Source of the DNA: Octopus vulgaris
Lineage: Eukaryota
NCBI GenBank assembly: GCA_951406725.2
Contig: OX597820.1
Location: 60,264,001-60,328,000 of the forward strand
Length of the DNA: 64,000 nt
Reading direction: 5' to 3'
Shown here: piece by piece, positions 11,241 through 23,939 of the stretch
Layout: every line of letters starts with the position of its first letter
Position numbering within the stretch: position 1 is the stretch's first letter
Position numbers and translations under genes: made by a program
Notes under the pieces: generated by a model
What the model was told of the DNA's origin: nothing
Database searches by the model: none
The model's input: only the letters and a program-made list of their open reading frames with translations

Positions 11241-12175
11241 CTGGTATAAATAATAGAAAATATAATCTTTAGTATGATTCTGAAATATTTGGATTTTATA
11301 GGTTCATTTCAGATCAAACACACACAGAGTGATAGCTTCAATGCAGTAATAAACCCATCACCCATCAGCAGAATTATATATATAAAAAAGAAAGAAAATA
11401 AAATTTTTAAAAAAAAAGTATTTAAAAAAAATTATATTACTTGTTTCAGTCACAGGACTGCAGTCATGCTGGGATACTTAAAGGATTTAGTTGAACAAAC
11501 TGTGGCCAACCTGAGGCAGTGCCTTGAGGAATTTTAGTCTCTTTCTCTCTCTTTTTAATCATACAACCCTGCCTGCACCTCCACATATAAGAAATTAAAA
11601 GTCATATAACACAAGGGGCTTAGCTTGTGTATTTTTTTTTCTCCACTTCATCATAGAAATTCTAAATGTATGATGATTTTTGTCATCGGTAATGCAATAA
11701 CAGCAGTTTGAAAGTAGGTTAGGTGCAAGTTGGAAGGTGGAGTTCTTCTCTGTTGCTGTGAATGCTAGATGGCAAAAGACTATGATGAGTTGCAAGACAA
11801 GTTCATGCCAGGTCATCATGGAGAAAATGGGCATATGATGATGATGGTGGTGGTGGTGGTGGTGATCATAATAAGCATGTATAAATATATATATATATAT
11901 ATACATACATATTATATATATATATATATATACACATATATACATATATATATATGCTCTTTGACTCGTTTCAGTCATTTGACTGCGGCCATGCTAGAGC
12001 ACCACCTTTAGTTGAGCAAATCGACCTCAGGACTTCTTCTTTGTAAGCCTAGTAATTATTCTATCGGTCTCTTTTGCCGAACTGCTAAGTTACGGGGATG
12101 TAAACACACCAGCATTGGTTGTCAAGCGATTGGGGGGGGGAGACAAACACAGACACACAAACACATATACACACA

Positions 12176-12188
12176 CATGCATACATAT

Positions 12189-12268
<80 letters not shown>

Positions 12269-12275
12269 ATGTATG

Positions 12276-12313
<38 letters not shown>

Positions 12314-12316
12314 TAA

Positions 12317-12390
<74 letters not shown>

Positions 12391-12410
12391 TTATATAAAT
12401 ATATATATAT
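12176..12410. repeat. Long imperfect (TA)n microsatellite at the centre of a truncated SINE
   Basis: About 230 bp of TA dinucleotides following SINE family B sequence at about 11957-12175. Confidence 0.95.
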
Positions 12411-12789
12411 TAACTTCTTCAGTTCTATGTTATTTGACTAAACACAATAAGGTGAATGTCAGTAGTAATTAGAACAAACTTTAGGTTGAGAACAAATTGG
12501 ATGGCACAAAATCTTCCTCTGCACTTTATTCATAATCATTTTAATTACTATTGTAACTACAAGATACACAAAGTGATATAATTTTGTGCAGCTGCAGGGG
12601 TATTGAGTCAGTCATTTAATCATTTGTTGCTTCTTAGTTACGAGCCCAATCCTCTCTATTTCAACAACTTCTGTTGCTAATTACTCTAATAAAAATAAGA
12701 CTGACAATTATACAGAAGTGTATATCAAAGTTGAAAGCCTTTTATAATTTAGTTTTATAAAATATTTATTTAACCCTTTAGTATTCAGA

Positions 12790-13585
12790 TTATGCCCTGT
12801 CTCACTGTATCATTGCTATCTGCTAGCCCCAGATCTGTTCCTCTTTATCATTGCTATCTGGTAGCCCCTCCAACTCTATATATACCAAGGTTTTTGCCAT
12901 TAACCATCCCACTGCACTATTTAATCACCTATATCTCTCATAACCATCCCATTTATATTCTGATCTCCGTCCTTTGTGAGTATGCCTGGTATTTTGCCAC
13001 CATCTCTATCCAGCTGTCTCTTACTCTCTCACTCTCCTTCTCTTGCACTTCCTTCAGGTTGGGTAACCATGTATTGCCTTTGTGGCAGCACACCTGTTTC
13101 TGTCTTCATTCATGATCTCTCTCTCTCCGGCTGGGTTACCTTGTACCTCCTCTACAGCAAGACACCTGTTTCTGTCTCTCTGTCTCACTTATAACCATTC
13201 ATCATCTGACACAAGATCACCTCCTCCAATGACCCCTCCCCTCTTGAACATTTTTTTTTCATCTTGCAAGTACTTGGTGACGCTGTCAGTGCGGGTGCCA
13301 CTTAAAAGCACCCAGTCCACACTGTAAAGTGGTTGGTATTCGGAAGGGCATCCAGCTTTAAAAACCTTGTTGAAACTGACCTCACCTGTGCTTGTGCCAT
13401 GTAAAAAACACTAAATCCACTCTGCTGGGTGGTTGGTGTTAGGAAGGGCACCCTGCTGTAAAAATCCTGCCAAAAGGGTTATAGAAGTTTGGCACAGACT
13501 TCTGCCTGGTCAGCTCTTGTCAAACTATGCCAGCATAGAAAGGGGATGTTAAACAATGATGATGATGATGATGATGATGATGATA
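12790..13585 (+). mobile_element. Family D retro-element copy
   Basis: Same body and (GAT)n tail as 9760-10795. Confidence 0.65.
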
Positions 13586-13604
13586 CATACGTAAATATTT
13601 TCTC

Positions 13605-13813
13605 TTTACTCTTTTACTTGCTTCAGTCATTTGACTGTGGCTATGCTGGAGCACCACCTTTAGTTGATCAAATCGACTGCAGGACTTATTCTTTATAAGC
13701 CTAGTACTTATTCTATCGGTCTTTTTTGCCAAACTGCTAAGTTACAGGAACGTAAACACACCAGCATCGGTTGTCAAGCGATGTTGGGGGAACAAACATG
13801 GACACACAAACAT

Positions 13814-13845
<32 letters not shown>

Positions 13846-14836
13846 GTATAGAAATTAAATATAAATTACAAAATGAGACAAGAACGCAAAAACACACAAA
13901 GAGACGACACAAAAAAACAGACGGGTCATTCGAAGCCTCTAATCTTCAGTCGGGAACCGGATCATCTTAGCAATTTCGGCTGATTAATCCTGATATCGCT
14001 CCGATACGGCCAGCCCTAAAGAAAAACTAAGCTACAGGCATTAGATTTCTTGGAAAGAGGATCGAATGTATACGAAACAAGGACAGAATGCCACACAAAT
14101 ATAAATACAAGAAACCAAAAAATAGAAATTAAAAACAAGAATAGTAATAACAGGACAAAATAGCGGGTGTCTTACGACTTCAGACAATTTTTAACTTATC
14201 TTGGCTGGCGTATTTGAAAAATGCCTTTGCGGCAAACGAAGACAACAGTGTTAACATGGCAGCGGTCAAGCCGGAAAGACCAGTTTGAAGGCAGTCATGT
14301 GAGAGGACGGAAGAGAGAGAAAGAAAAGCAGGGGGCAAGGAATCAAAGAGAGAGAGAAAGAAAGGGACGAAGGCACCAAGGGAGAGAGAGAGAGAAGGAA
14401 GGAATTAAAGAGGGGAGAAGAAACAGGATTGGCTTAGCAATAGAAATAATGGTGCAAAGTAAGAAAGACGGAGAAATGTGATAGAGTGGGGGAAAAATCA
14501 GAGGCAAGGAAAGAGAAAGACACAGACTATAGAGAAAGTGTGTGTAAAGACGTCGTACAAGGTGGAATGTGCATACATAGGAGATAGGGGTACGTTACGC
14601 CGCAATAATATATGTATAGAAATTAAATATAAATTACAAAATGGGACAAGAACGCAAAAACACACAAAGAGACGACGGGCTTCTTTCAGATTCTATGTGC
14701 CAAATCCACTCACAAGGCTTTGGTCGACCTAAGGCTATAGTAGAAGACACTTGCCCAAGGTACCATGCAGTGGGACTGAACCCGGAACCATGTGGTTCGT
14801 AAGCAAGCTACTTACCACACAGCCACTCTATGCCTA
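13605..14836 (-). mobile_element. SINE family B split by an insert with 69-bp terminal direct repeats
   Basis: SINE 3' half at 13605-13840 and 5' half at 14672-14836. Direct repeats at 13840-13908 and 14608-14676. Confidence 0.8.
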
Positions 14837-14915
14837 TACATACAATTAAAACATAAGTAACAAAAGTTTCTAACATACCTATATATCTATATAAAATTAT
14901 CACTGTGAATCCTAC

Positions 14916-15027
14916 CTTTCTTGGAGAATATATTTCTGAAAGTTTGCTTGCATCTATCTTCAGACAGTCAAAGTGAGATGATCGAGTCACAGACAAGTGG
15001 ACAGATGTAGTTTTCAGGGATTGAAAT
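14916..15027 (-). CDS. BRCA2: BRCA2 exon, end of OB2 / start of OB3
   Basis: tacag|A...AAG|gtagga, 112 nt, phase 2/0. FQSLKTTSVHLSVTRSSHFDCLKIDASKLSEIYSPRK resembles human [31 protein letters not shown]. Phases fit both neighbouring exons. Confidence 0.88.
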
Positions 15028-15241
15028 CTGTAAATTGTCAGGGAAAGCAAGATCATTTATCAAAAGAAATTTGTATAGGAATGGAAAAGGAATATTTTGT
15101 TTATTGACACTCAAGAAATACAAGAACATTCTTGTATCTTATGTTTTACTGTTATTGTTCTTTATTACTTGATGTGAATTAACTCTGCTCAAGTAGTTCT
15201 TCAATGAATACTTGGAAGTACAATATATCATAAATACCACT

Positions 15242-15475
15242 GGCGGTGAGCTGGCAAAATTGTTAGCACGCCGGGCGTAATGCTAAGCGGTATTTTGTCT
15301 GCCGTTCTGTTCTGAATCCAAATTCCACTAAGGTCAACTTTGCCTTTCATCCTTAAGAGGGTTGATTAAGTAAGTACCAGTTATGCACCGGGGTTGATGT
15401 AATTGACTTAATTCCTTTGTCTGTCCTTGTTTGTTCTCTCTATGTTTAGCCCATTGTGGGCAACAAAGAAATAAA
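15242..15475 (+). mobile_element. SINE family C
   Basis: ggcggtgagctggcaaaattgttagcacgccggg...gcaacaaagaaata. Confidence 0.85.
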
Positions 15476-15997
15476 TATATCATATATACAATGTTTTTAT
15501 GTCTGCTGCCATGTTTTCATGTGATAGTTCATTATAGATTCAAGATCACCAAAAATACCTTTTTCCATCATGTATTCATTTATTTAGTTATTTTTCACTT
15601 GTCTCAGTCATTGGACTGTGCCCATGCTGGGGCACTGCTTTGAAGTGTTTTTGTTAAACAAACCAATCCCAGTATTTATTTTCTTTAAACGTGATACTTA
15701 TTCTATTAATCTCTTATGCCAAACTACTAAATTACAGGGATGTAAGCAAACCAATACTGGTTTCACGTGATGGTGGGGGATAAAGATACAAACACACACA
15801 CGATGGGCTTCTTTCAGTTTCCATTCATCAAATCCACTTAAGAGGCTTTCGTTGGTCTGGGGCTATAGTAGAAGACACTTGACTAAGGTGCCATGCAGTG
15901 GGACTGAACCTGGAATCATGTGGTTGGGAAGTAAGCTTCTTACCAAACAGCCATGTCTGCAACAACTATTTACAACAAAAAATGCGCTGAAAATGGA

Positions 15998-16720
15998 GTG
16001 GTTGAAAATGATACAGAACACCTAGAAAACTATAAATAATAATTGATAATGTTGATATAAAACTTGTGGATGAGATAGGAGAAACCTGTTTGAGTACTGG
16101 TCAACATAAAGTGAATACTATAAAATATGGTTGGAAATTGGTTGAAAATGATCCAAAACATCAAGAGAAACTATAAATAATGATTAATATGGTTGACATA
16201 AAACTTGTAGATGAGATAGGAGAGATCTGTCTAAGTAATTGTCAACATAAAGTGAATACCATAAAATTTGATGGTTGGAAAGTGGTTGAAAATGATCCAA
16301 AAACATATAGAAAAATTATAAATAATGATCAATAATGTTGACATAAAACTTGTAGATGAGATAGGAGAGATCTGTCTAAGTAATGGTCAACATAAAGTGA
16401 ATACCATAAAATTTGATGGTTGGAAAGTGGTTGAAAATGATCCAAAAACATATGGAAAAATTATAAATAATGATCAATAATGTTGACATAAAACTTGTGG
16501 ATGAGATAGGAGAAGCCTGTTTGAGTAATGGTCACCATAAAGTGAATACTATAAAATTTGATGGTTAGAAAGTGGTTGGATATGATCCAAAAACATCTAG
16601 GAAAATCATAAATAATGATCAATAATGTTGACATAAAACTTGTGGATGAGAAAGGAGAAATCTGTTTAAGCAATGGTCACCTTAAAGTAAATACCATAAA
16701 ATTAAAGTGAATACCATAAA
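15998..16720. repeat. Tandem array of about 5 copies of a 140-145 bp unit
   Basis: Anchor (g/t)tggttg(a/g)(a/t)atga recurs at 15998, 16138, 16282, 16427 and 16572. Confidence 0.95.
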
Positions 16721-17050
16721 ATCATTCCCTGCTTAAAGGATTTCCAAGGATGCAAGTAGGGGATAAAAATAATTCATTTTAAGAGTTGGAGAATGAAAAA
16801 GACTTGGTTTTTGCACCAGAGGCATCAATATGAGACAAGTGTGAGAGCCAAGAAGAGTTGTGAGTGTGAAAGTCATCAAGAATGATAACTTCATTGATGT
16901 ATGAAGTGAGGTATATGTCATCGATACTGGAATAAATATGGTCTAAGATTTGTTAGTAGTAGCTGGAAGAATGTGGAGAGTAGTAGGAGAGGAACAGAAA
17001 GGGACTTTGAGGCCAAGTAGCTGGAAGTCTTTGATGCTGATATCCAGATA
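16721..17050 (-). mobile_element. Degenerate LINE apurinic-type endonuclease fragment
   Basis: VIILDDFHTHNSSWLSHLSHIDASG resembles the IILGDFNAH...W motif. Confidence 0.55.
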
Positions 17051-17089
17051 AGACAAGTGAGTAGTGAAAAATTGGAATTAACATATTCT

Positions 17090-17459
17090 TTCATTCATTT
17101 GACTGAGGCCATGCTGGAGCACAACCTTTAGTCGAACAAATCGACCCCAAGACTTATTCTTTGCAAGCCTAGTACTTATTCTAATGGTCTCTTTTGCCGA
17201 ACTACTAAGTTACAGGGATACAAACACACCAGCATTGGTTGTCAAGCAATGTTGGGGGGACAAACACAGACACACAAACACACATATATATATATATGAC
17301 GGGCTTCTTTCAGTTTCCATCTACCAAATCCACTCACAAGGCTTTGGTCAGCTTGAGGCTATAGTAGAAGATACTTGCCCACGGTGCCACACAGTGGGAC
17401 TGAACCCGGAACTATGTGGTTAGTAAGCAAGCTACTTACCACACAGCCACTCCTGTGCC
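17090..17459 (-). mobile_element. SINE family B (tRNA-derived head ggcacaggagtggctgtgtggtaag, central TA/CA tract)
   Basis: Near full-length match to the copies at 34236, 46786 and 50655. Confidence 0.85.
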
Positions 17460-18574
17460 TATGTGTGAAGTTTGAAAATCGAGAATAGCTTGGATTATCA
17501 ATTAAGAGCCAAAGATTTAAGATTAGGAGAAGAATAGGATGTGTTGTCTGTATGTTAGTAAGAGGTGATATGTATCTAGTTTGGATTGGACTGGATTGGG
17601 GTATATGAATAGTAGAAAAGATGGAAAATGTAGCAGATCTTATATTAATTTTTGACATCAAGTGAAGTGTAGGGCATCTCTATTCAGTGTGAAGCCAGGG
17701 TATTCCCACCTGTTGTGGGCCTGGTCCAAATGCTTTTAAAAAGTGAAATATGTGTATATCATCATCAACATCATCATTTAATGTCTGTTTTCCATGCTAG
17801 TATGGGTTGGATGGTTTGACAGAAATTGGCAAGTCAGAAGACTGTGCCAACTCTTCTGTCTACTTTGGCATAGTTTCTATGGCTAGATGTCCTTCCGAAC
17901 GCCAACCACTTTACAGAGTGTACTGGGTGCTTCTCATTTGGCACCAGAAGCAGAGGGGTCATCAAATAACTTACAAAACAAGACCCTTCAACAGAGTAGG
18001 GTGTAGTATTGAGGACTTTGAGTAGTATTGAGTGGCTTTGAGCTAGATGAGAGGTTAAAGTATAAATAGAGGGAGAGAAATAGGTGTCTTGCAGTTGAGG
18101 AGATACATGGCTACTTCTGTAGGAGAGAGAAGGAAGAATGAGGCTAGAGAAGGAGAAGTGGGGCAGAGAAAGCAGAAAGAGATGGTGAAGATGTGATGGA
18201 AGAGGGGTAAACAAGTTTCAGAGAGGTACTTGTAAGTGAACTGGAACTAAAGCTAGGACAGGGTGAGTGGGCAAGTTCACAAGGTATGTAGATATGCATG
18301 TCTACATATATCATCATCCATTAACATTAATTTTCCATGCTGGCATGGCTTGGTTGGTTTGACAAGATTTGGCAAGCCACAGGGCTGTTTCATGCTCCAA
18401 TGTCAGCTTTTGTGTGTGTGTGTGTGTGTGCGCGCGTGAAAATTTAATATTCACTGTATTTAGAAGAGAACTACTAACAGTTTCATGCTTTAGAAATACA
18501 ATAAATTGGCAGATTTATAGAACATACGATGTATCTCAAAGCAATCTTTCAGGCTCAGTGCATATTGTTAAATG

Positions 18575-18962
18575 TGCCGGTGGCACGTAAAAAGCACCAT
18601 TCAAGCATGATTGTTACCAGCGTTGCCTTACTGGCACTTGTGCTGGTGGCATGTGAAAAAACATTTGAGTGAGGTCATTGCCAGTGCTGCTGGACTGGCT
18701 CCTGTGCAGGAGGCATGTAAAAAGCGCCATTTGAGCATGGCCGCTGCCAGTACTGCCTGACTGGCTCTCGTGCTGGTGACACATAAAAGCACCCACTACA
18801 CTCTTGGAGTGGTTGGCGTTAGGAAGGGCATCCAGCTGTAGAAACTCTGCCAGATCAAGATTGGAGCCTGGTGCAGCCGTCTGGTTCACCAGTCCTCAGT
18901 TAAATCATCCAACCCATGCTAGCATGGAAAGCAGATGTTAAAACAATGATGATGATGATGAT
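18575..18962 (+). mobile_element. RTE-LINE 3' UTR fragment with ~60-bp internal repeats and (GAT)n tail
   Basis: gccggtggcacgtaaaaagcacc units followed by ggttggcgttaggaagggcatccagc. Confidence 0.8.
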
Positions 18963-19577
18963 TTAAAAACAAGAGTGCTAGTCTATGAGAAAACACGAGA
19001 GAAAAACATGAGGGAAAATGTGTAGAAGGTTGATGCAAAAAGTGAAATGAGAAGAAAAGGAAAGAAAAGCAAGATTTTCGTCCTCTTCATTTGTAGAAAT
19101 CATAATTAATGTAGCTGGTGTAGAATAATGTAACAGAGGGGAGGCCAACGTCTGTGAGACAATTGCACAATCTGGAACAGGTGGTGTCTTCCAGTTCAAC
19201 AAAAGAAGCGTGCAAGCATGTGGACAAGCATGCATAAGTGGACATTAAAATGATGATGATTATGAACAATGATATATACAGATACATATGTAGAAGTCCC
19301 TTCATCAGTTTCAATGACGAGTTCCACTTGGCTGATGAACTGAGCTACTAACAATTAAATTATACTATAAATGGCTGAGTACTCCACAAACAATGTAAAC
19401 TTCAGGCAGAACTAGTATTAGACAGTGAGACAAGCATGATCCTTTAAATTACTGATACAGTCCTTTCAATGGGCTAGTACATAGCTTCCATCCAGTTAAT
19501 ATCATTTACAAGACCATGGGTTACTATACTCATTGCAGTATAGCAAATCAAGGTCTTGTAAATGATATTAACTAGAT

Positions 19578-19723
19578 AACGAGTATAGCGAAGAATTCTG
19601 GGTAGAAGTAGGGGATCACCAAGGATCAGTTCTCAGCCCCCTCTTGTTCATCATAGTTCTCCAGGTAATAATAGAGGAATTCAAGACAGGTTGCCCCTGG
19701 GAGCTTGTCTATGCTGATGACCT
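19578..19723 (+). mobile_element. RTE reverse transcriptase fragment
   Basis: NEYSEEFWVEVGDHQGSVLSPLLFIIVL...CPWELVYADDL. Confidence 0.9.
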
Positions 19724-20065
19724 GTGATCATACAGAATTACTATCAAACACTAACATATACATATATGTAAACAATAATCAAATGTACCCAAAACTGCTA
19801 GAAATATCAGGCACAAAATTTTTAGTAAATATAAAAAGCAATAATTTATTCCACCATCCTTCTCTGATCAACACCAGAGTATTATATTACATAGAATGAA
19901 ACATGACTTCTTTTTTAAAAGACGTAGAAGATATCAACTTGCAATGATAATAGTTTTAACAAGGATTTTTACAATTTTAGATGTAATTTACTTCTTTTTC
20001 TTGTTGTTTAGGGAAATAAAATCAGGGGAAAAAAAACAAAAGAAAACAAAATACAATCTGATATA

Positions 20066-21137
20066 CAGGGGTTGGACAAAATAATGGAAACACTTTAAAA
20101 TTTCGAACAAATTTATTTTAATATGGGGTAGGACCATCTTTGGCAGTAATTACAGCTTGAATTCTATGAGGTATGGTCTCATACAAAGCTCAAATTGTTT
20201 CCAAAAGAATTTTTTGTCCATTCTTCAGCTAAAACAGTCTCCAGTTCTTGTAGTGATGATGGTGGAGGGTATCGACTCCTTACTTGTTTTTCTGAAATGC
20301 ACCATAAATGTTCAATAATATTGAAATCTGGGGACTGTGGAGGCCAGATAAGATGTTCAACTTCACTAGAATGTTCCTCGTACCATTCAGTAACAACTTT
20401 AGCTGTGTGAATTGGTGCATTATCATCCTGAAAGATTGTGTTTCCCTCTGGAAATAGTTCCTCTGGTTGGAAATAAGGTAAAGGATGACCCATCTGAGAA
20501 AACAACATTCTTCCACTGCTCTAGGGACCAATTCTGTAGGTTTTTACTCCACTCTAAACACTTTGCAACGTTTGTTTTTGAAAGTAGTGGTTTTCTGATT
20601 GCAGCCCTCCCATGAAATCTGGCATTGTGCAGCTCCCAGCAAACAGTTTTTGTGGAAACTGGATTCTTGAGGTGGTTATTAAGCTCTGCAGTAATTTTGG
20701 GAGCTGTACTTTTGTGATCCTTTCTAACAATTTATGTAAGAGTCTGATGGTCTCTATCTGAAAGTTTTGGTTTTCTTCTGGAGTTTTGATTCGACAAGGA
20801 GGTTTTTCCCTCTTTTTCAAAGGCTGTCACTACTTTTGAGACAGTACTTCTTGATACACCAAACATTTCGGCTGTTTTTGTTACACTAGCGCCAGCCATA
20901 TGAGCACCAACAATTTGACCTCTTAGAAAGTCTGATAGATCTATCATTTTAATGAATTTTAATTACCTTTTTCTGATGATATCTGAAGAGAAACAGCAAT
21001 TTTAGCAAAACATATTAAGCAACACTAATAATAAATAAAAAAAACATAAAAATAAACAAGCTTTTGACAGTTTTATAGATATTTCAAAATTATGATGCTA
21101 TGAAACAAAGTGTTTCCATTATTTTGTCCAACCCCTG
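20066..21137 (-). mobile_element. Internally deleted Tc1 element with perfect 31-bp TIRs and TA TSD
   Basis: TA-CAGGGGTTGGACAAAATAATGGAAACACTTT ... AAAGTGTTTCCATTATTTTGTCCAACCCCTG-TA. Peptides DLSDFLRGQIVGA, FQDDNAPIH and WPPQSPDFNIIEHLW. Confidence 0.96.
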
Positions 21138-21545
21138 TATATGCAATTGAGATGGTATCAAATTAAATAGCCTTCTATATGACATACTTAATTATATATA
21201 AAGCAACATACTTAATACATATACACTATTGATGGGCCACTTACTACAGTATTTATTTTGAGATAACATCTCTTATGCACTAATGTGATAAAAACACAAT
21301 AGATATCAGAGACATGAAAATTCATCCCAGCAGTAACAGTGAGAATGCTAGATGTATTTTGGTCTCTTTGGGGTCTTTTGAATGGTGCATATTCACAGCT
21401 AGCCACATGTTTGTATAACAGTTCATTGCTTCCAATATAGAAAACAACAAACAAAACATTCACTGATGTTTTGACTAGCTGTCCAGCTGGATGACAGTTT
21501 GGTAGACACAACTGAAGCAGTATTAAACTGAAATAGCCATCTATG

Positions 21546-21779
21546 TATTTCTTTACTGCCCACAAGGGGCTAAACATAGAAGGGACAAACAAGGACAGAC
21601 AAAGGGATTAAGTTGATTACATCGACCCCAGTGGGAAACTGGTACTTTATTTATCGACCCCGAAAGGATGAAAGGCAAAGTCGACCTCGGCGGAATTTGA
21701 ACCCAGAACGTAACGACAGACGAAATAAAGCTACGCATTTCACCCAGTGTGCTAACGTTTCTGCCAGCTCGCTGCCTTT
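21546..21779 (-). mobile_element. SINE family C with long TSD
   Basis: atagccatctatgtatt at 21533-21549 and 21780-21796. Confidence 0.9.
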
Positions 21780-22288
21780 ATAGCCATCTATGTATTACAC
21801 TGTCAATTATAAAATAAAAAGATGGATGTTCAAATTGCAGCAATGCTTCAGTTATAAGTGGTGAAAGATTATATGACATAATGAAAATATAAGTTCATGT
21901 AACTAAGTTGTTTGTTTCTTACCATTTCAATTGCTGTGTAATGATACTTCTTTGTTTTATATCCTTGTATTGGATCATCATCATCATCATCATCATCGTT
22001 TAACGTCCGCTTTCCATGCTAGCATGGGTTGGACGGTTCAACTGGGGTCTGGGAAGCCTGAAGGCTGCAACAGGCCAGTCAGATCTGGCAGTGTTTCTAC
22101 AGCTGGATGCCCTTCATAACGCCAACCACTCCATGAGTGTAGTGGGTGCTTTTTATGTGCCACCGACACAGGTGCCAGACGAGGCTGGCGAATGGCCACA
22201 ATCGGATGGTGCTTTTTACATGCCACCGGCACGGAGGCCAGGATATATAATATAATGAGGCAGGAAGGAAAGAAAGTATATATACAAT

Positions 22289-22626
22289 GCACCATGGCTC
22301 AGTGGTTAGAGCGTCGAGCTTACGATCGTGAGGTTGTGAGCTCGAATCCCGGACCGGGCTGCGTGTTGTGTTCTTGAGCAAGGCACTTTATTTCACGTTG
22401 CTCCAGTTCACTCAGCTGTAGAAATGAGTTGCGACGTCACTGGTGCCAAGCTGTATCGACCTTTGTCTTTCCCTTGGATAACACTGGTGGCGTGGAGAGG
22501 GGAGGCTGGTATGCATGGGCGACTGCTGGTCTTCCATAAACAACCTTGCCCGGACTTGTGTCTAGGAGGGTAACTTTCTAGGTGCAATCCCATGGTCATT
22601 CATGACCGAAGGGGGTCTTTACCCTT
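22289..22626 (+). mobile_element. tRNA-derived SINE with a CORE-like central box (family E)
   Basis: A box tggctcagtggttagagc, B box gctcgaatccc, then gtgttcttgagcaaggcactttatttcac. Confidence 0.8.
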
Positions 22627-22647
22627 ACTATTACTATTACATGGAGG

Positions 22648-23062
22648 GCGGCGAGCTGGCAGAATTGTTAGCATGCTGGGCGAAATGCTTACCGGTATTT
22701 CGTCTGCCGCTATGTTCTGAGTTCAAATTCCGCCGAGATTGACTTTGCCTTTCATCCTTTCGGGGTTGATTAAATAAGTATCAGTTACGCACTGGGGTTG
22801 ATATAATCGACTTAATCTGTTTGTCTGTCCTTGTTTGTCCCTTCAGTGTTTAGCCCCTTGTGGGTAGTAAAAAAATAGGTATTTCGTCTGCTGTTATGTT
22901 CTGAGTTCAAATTCCGCTGAAGCCAACTTTGCCTTTCATCTCCTTTCGGGGTCGATTAAATAAGTACCAGTTATGCACTGGGGTAGATGTAATCGACTTA
23001 AACCCTTTGTCTGTCCTTGTTTGTCCCCTCTATGTTTAGCCCTCTGTGGGCAATAAGGAAAT
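22648..23062 (+). mobile_element. SINE family C followed by a partial tandem copy
   Basis: Full copy to about 22877, then a second copy starting at ggtatttcgtctgc. Confidence 0.85.
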
Positions 23063-23939
23063 ATATTACTATTACATGAGACTCAGCACTCTATATCACA
23101 ATTCACAGTGCTCTGCTTGCTAACCCAAACTGCCAATTGCTCACAGTTCTTTGTTTTATAACAATGAGTCAGTCCACCTTTAGTTACTTGGAGGGTGGTT
23201 GGAATCATTCCACAACCCTTTGTTGTTGCTTACTCTTTCTAGTTTTCCTTATTTTATCAATCTCCAATGATGCAACTGTGGAACTCTTACTAAATATAAA
23301 CATAATTTAATGAAGAGAGATCTTATAAACAGTTTACATTGGGAACTTGATAACAGAAATATATTCAAAGAGTCAAAATGCATGAAAACAAATAACAACC
23401 ATTAAATTCTTTACGTAAGTGGAATCTTATGTATAGAGTGATTTTTTTTTAGAGAATGTTCTCATATAACTTATGTAGATAATGTTGCATCACAAGGACT
23501 GAGTTTCCTTTCAGAGCCAGAAAATATAGCCAAATCAATTTTTTCATCCTATATCATCATCATCATCATCGTTTAACGTCTGTTTTTCGTTCTAGCATGG
23601 GTTGGACGGTTCGACCGGGGTCTGGGAAGCCAGCAGGCTGCACCAGGCTCCAGCCTGATCTGGCAGTGTTTCTACAGCTGGATGCCCTTCCTAACGCCAA
23701 CCACTCTGTGAGTGTAGTGGGTGCTTTTTACGTGCCACCGGCACAGAAGCCAATCAAGGTGGTGCTGGCATTGGCCACGTTCGAATGGTGCTTTTTATGT
23801 GCCACCGGCACAGAAGCCAGTCAAGGCGGCGCTGGCATCGGCCACGTTCGGATGGTGCTTTTTACATGCCACCGGCACAGGTATCACAACTACTATTTTC
23901 ATTTGATATTTATTTCGATAAAGCTCAAAAACTTTTTAA

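Noticed and set aside
12012-12441. ORFs rich in YI, HT or CV repeats (also 11595-11978, 32555-32917, 55470-55890)
   Set aside because: They are translations of (TA)n and (CA)n microsatellites.
14221-14732. Two basic ORFs inside the 768-bp unit
   Set aside because: They come from purine-rich low-complexity sequence and have no recognisable domain.
22289-22362. Possible tRNA gene (also 63366-63440 and the SINE B/C heads)
   Set aside because: A and B boxes are present, but there is no proper acceptor stem and the sequence continues into a SINE body.
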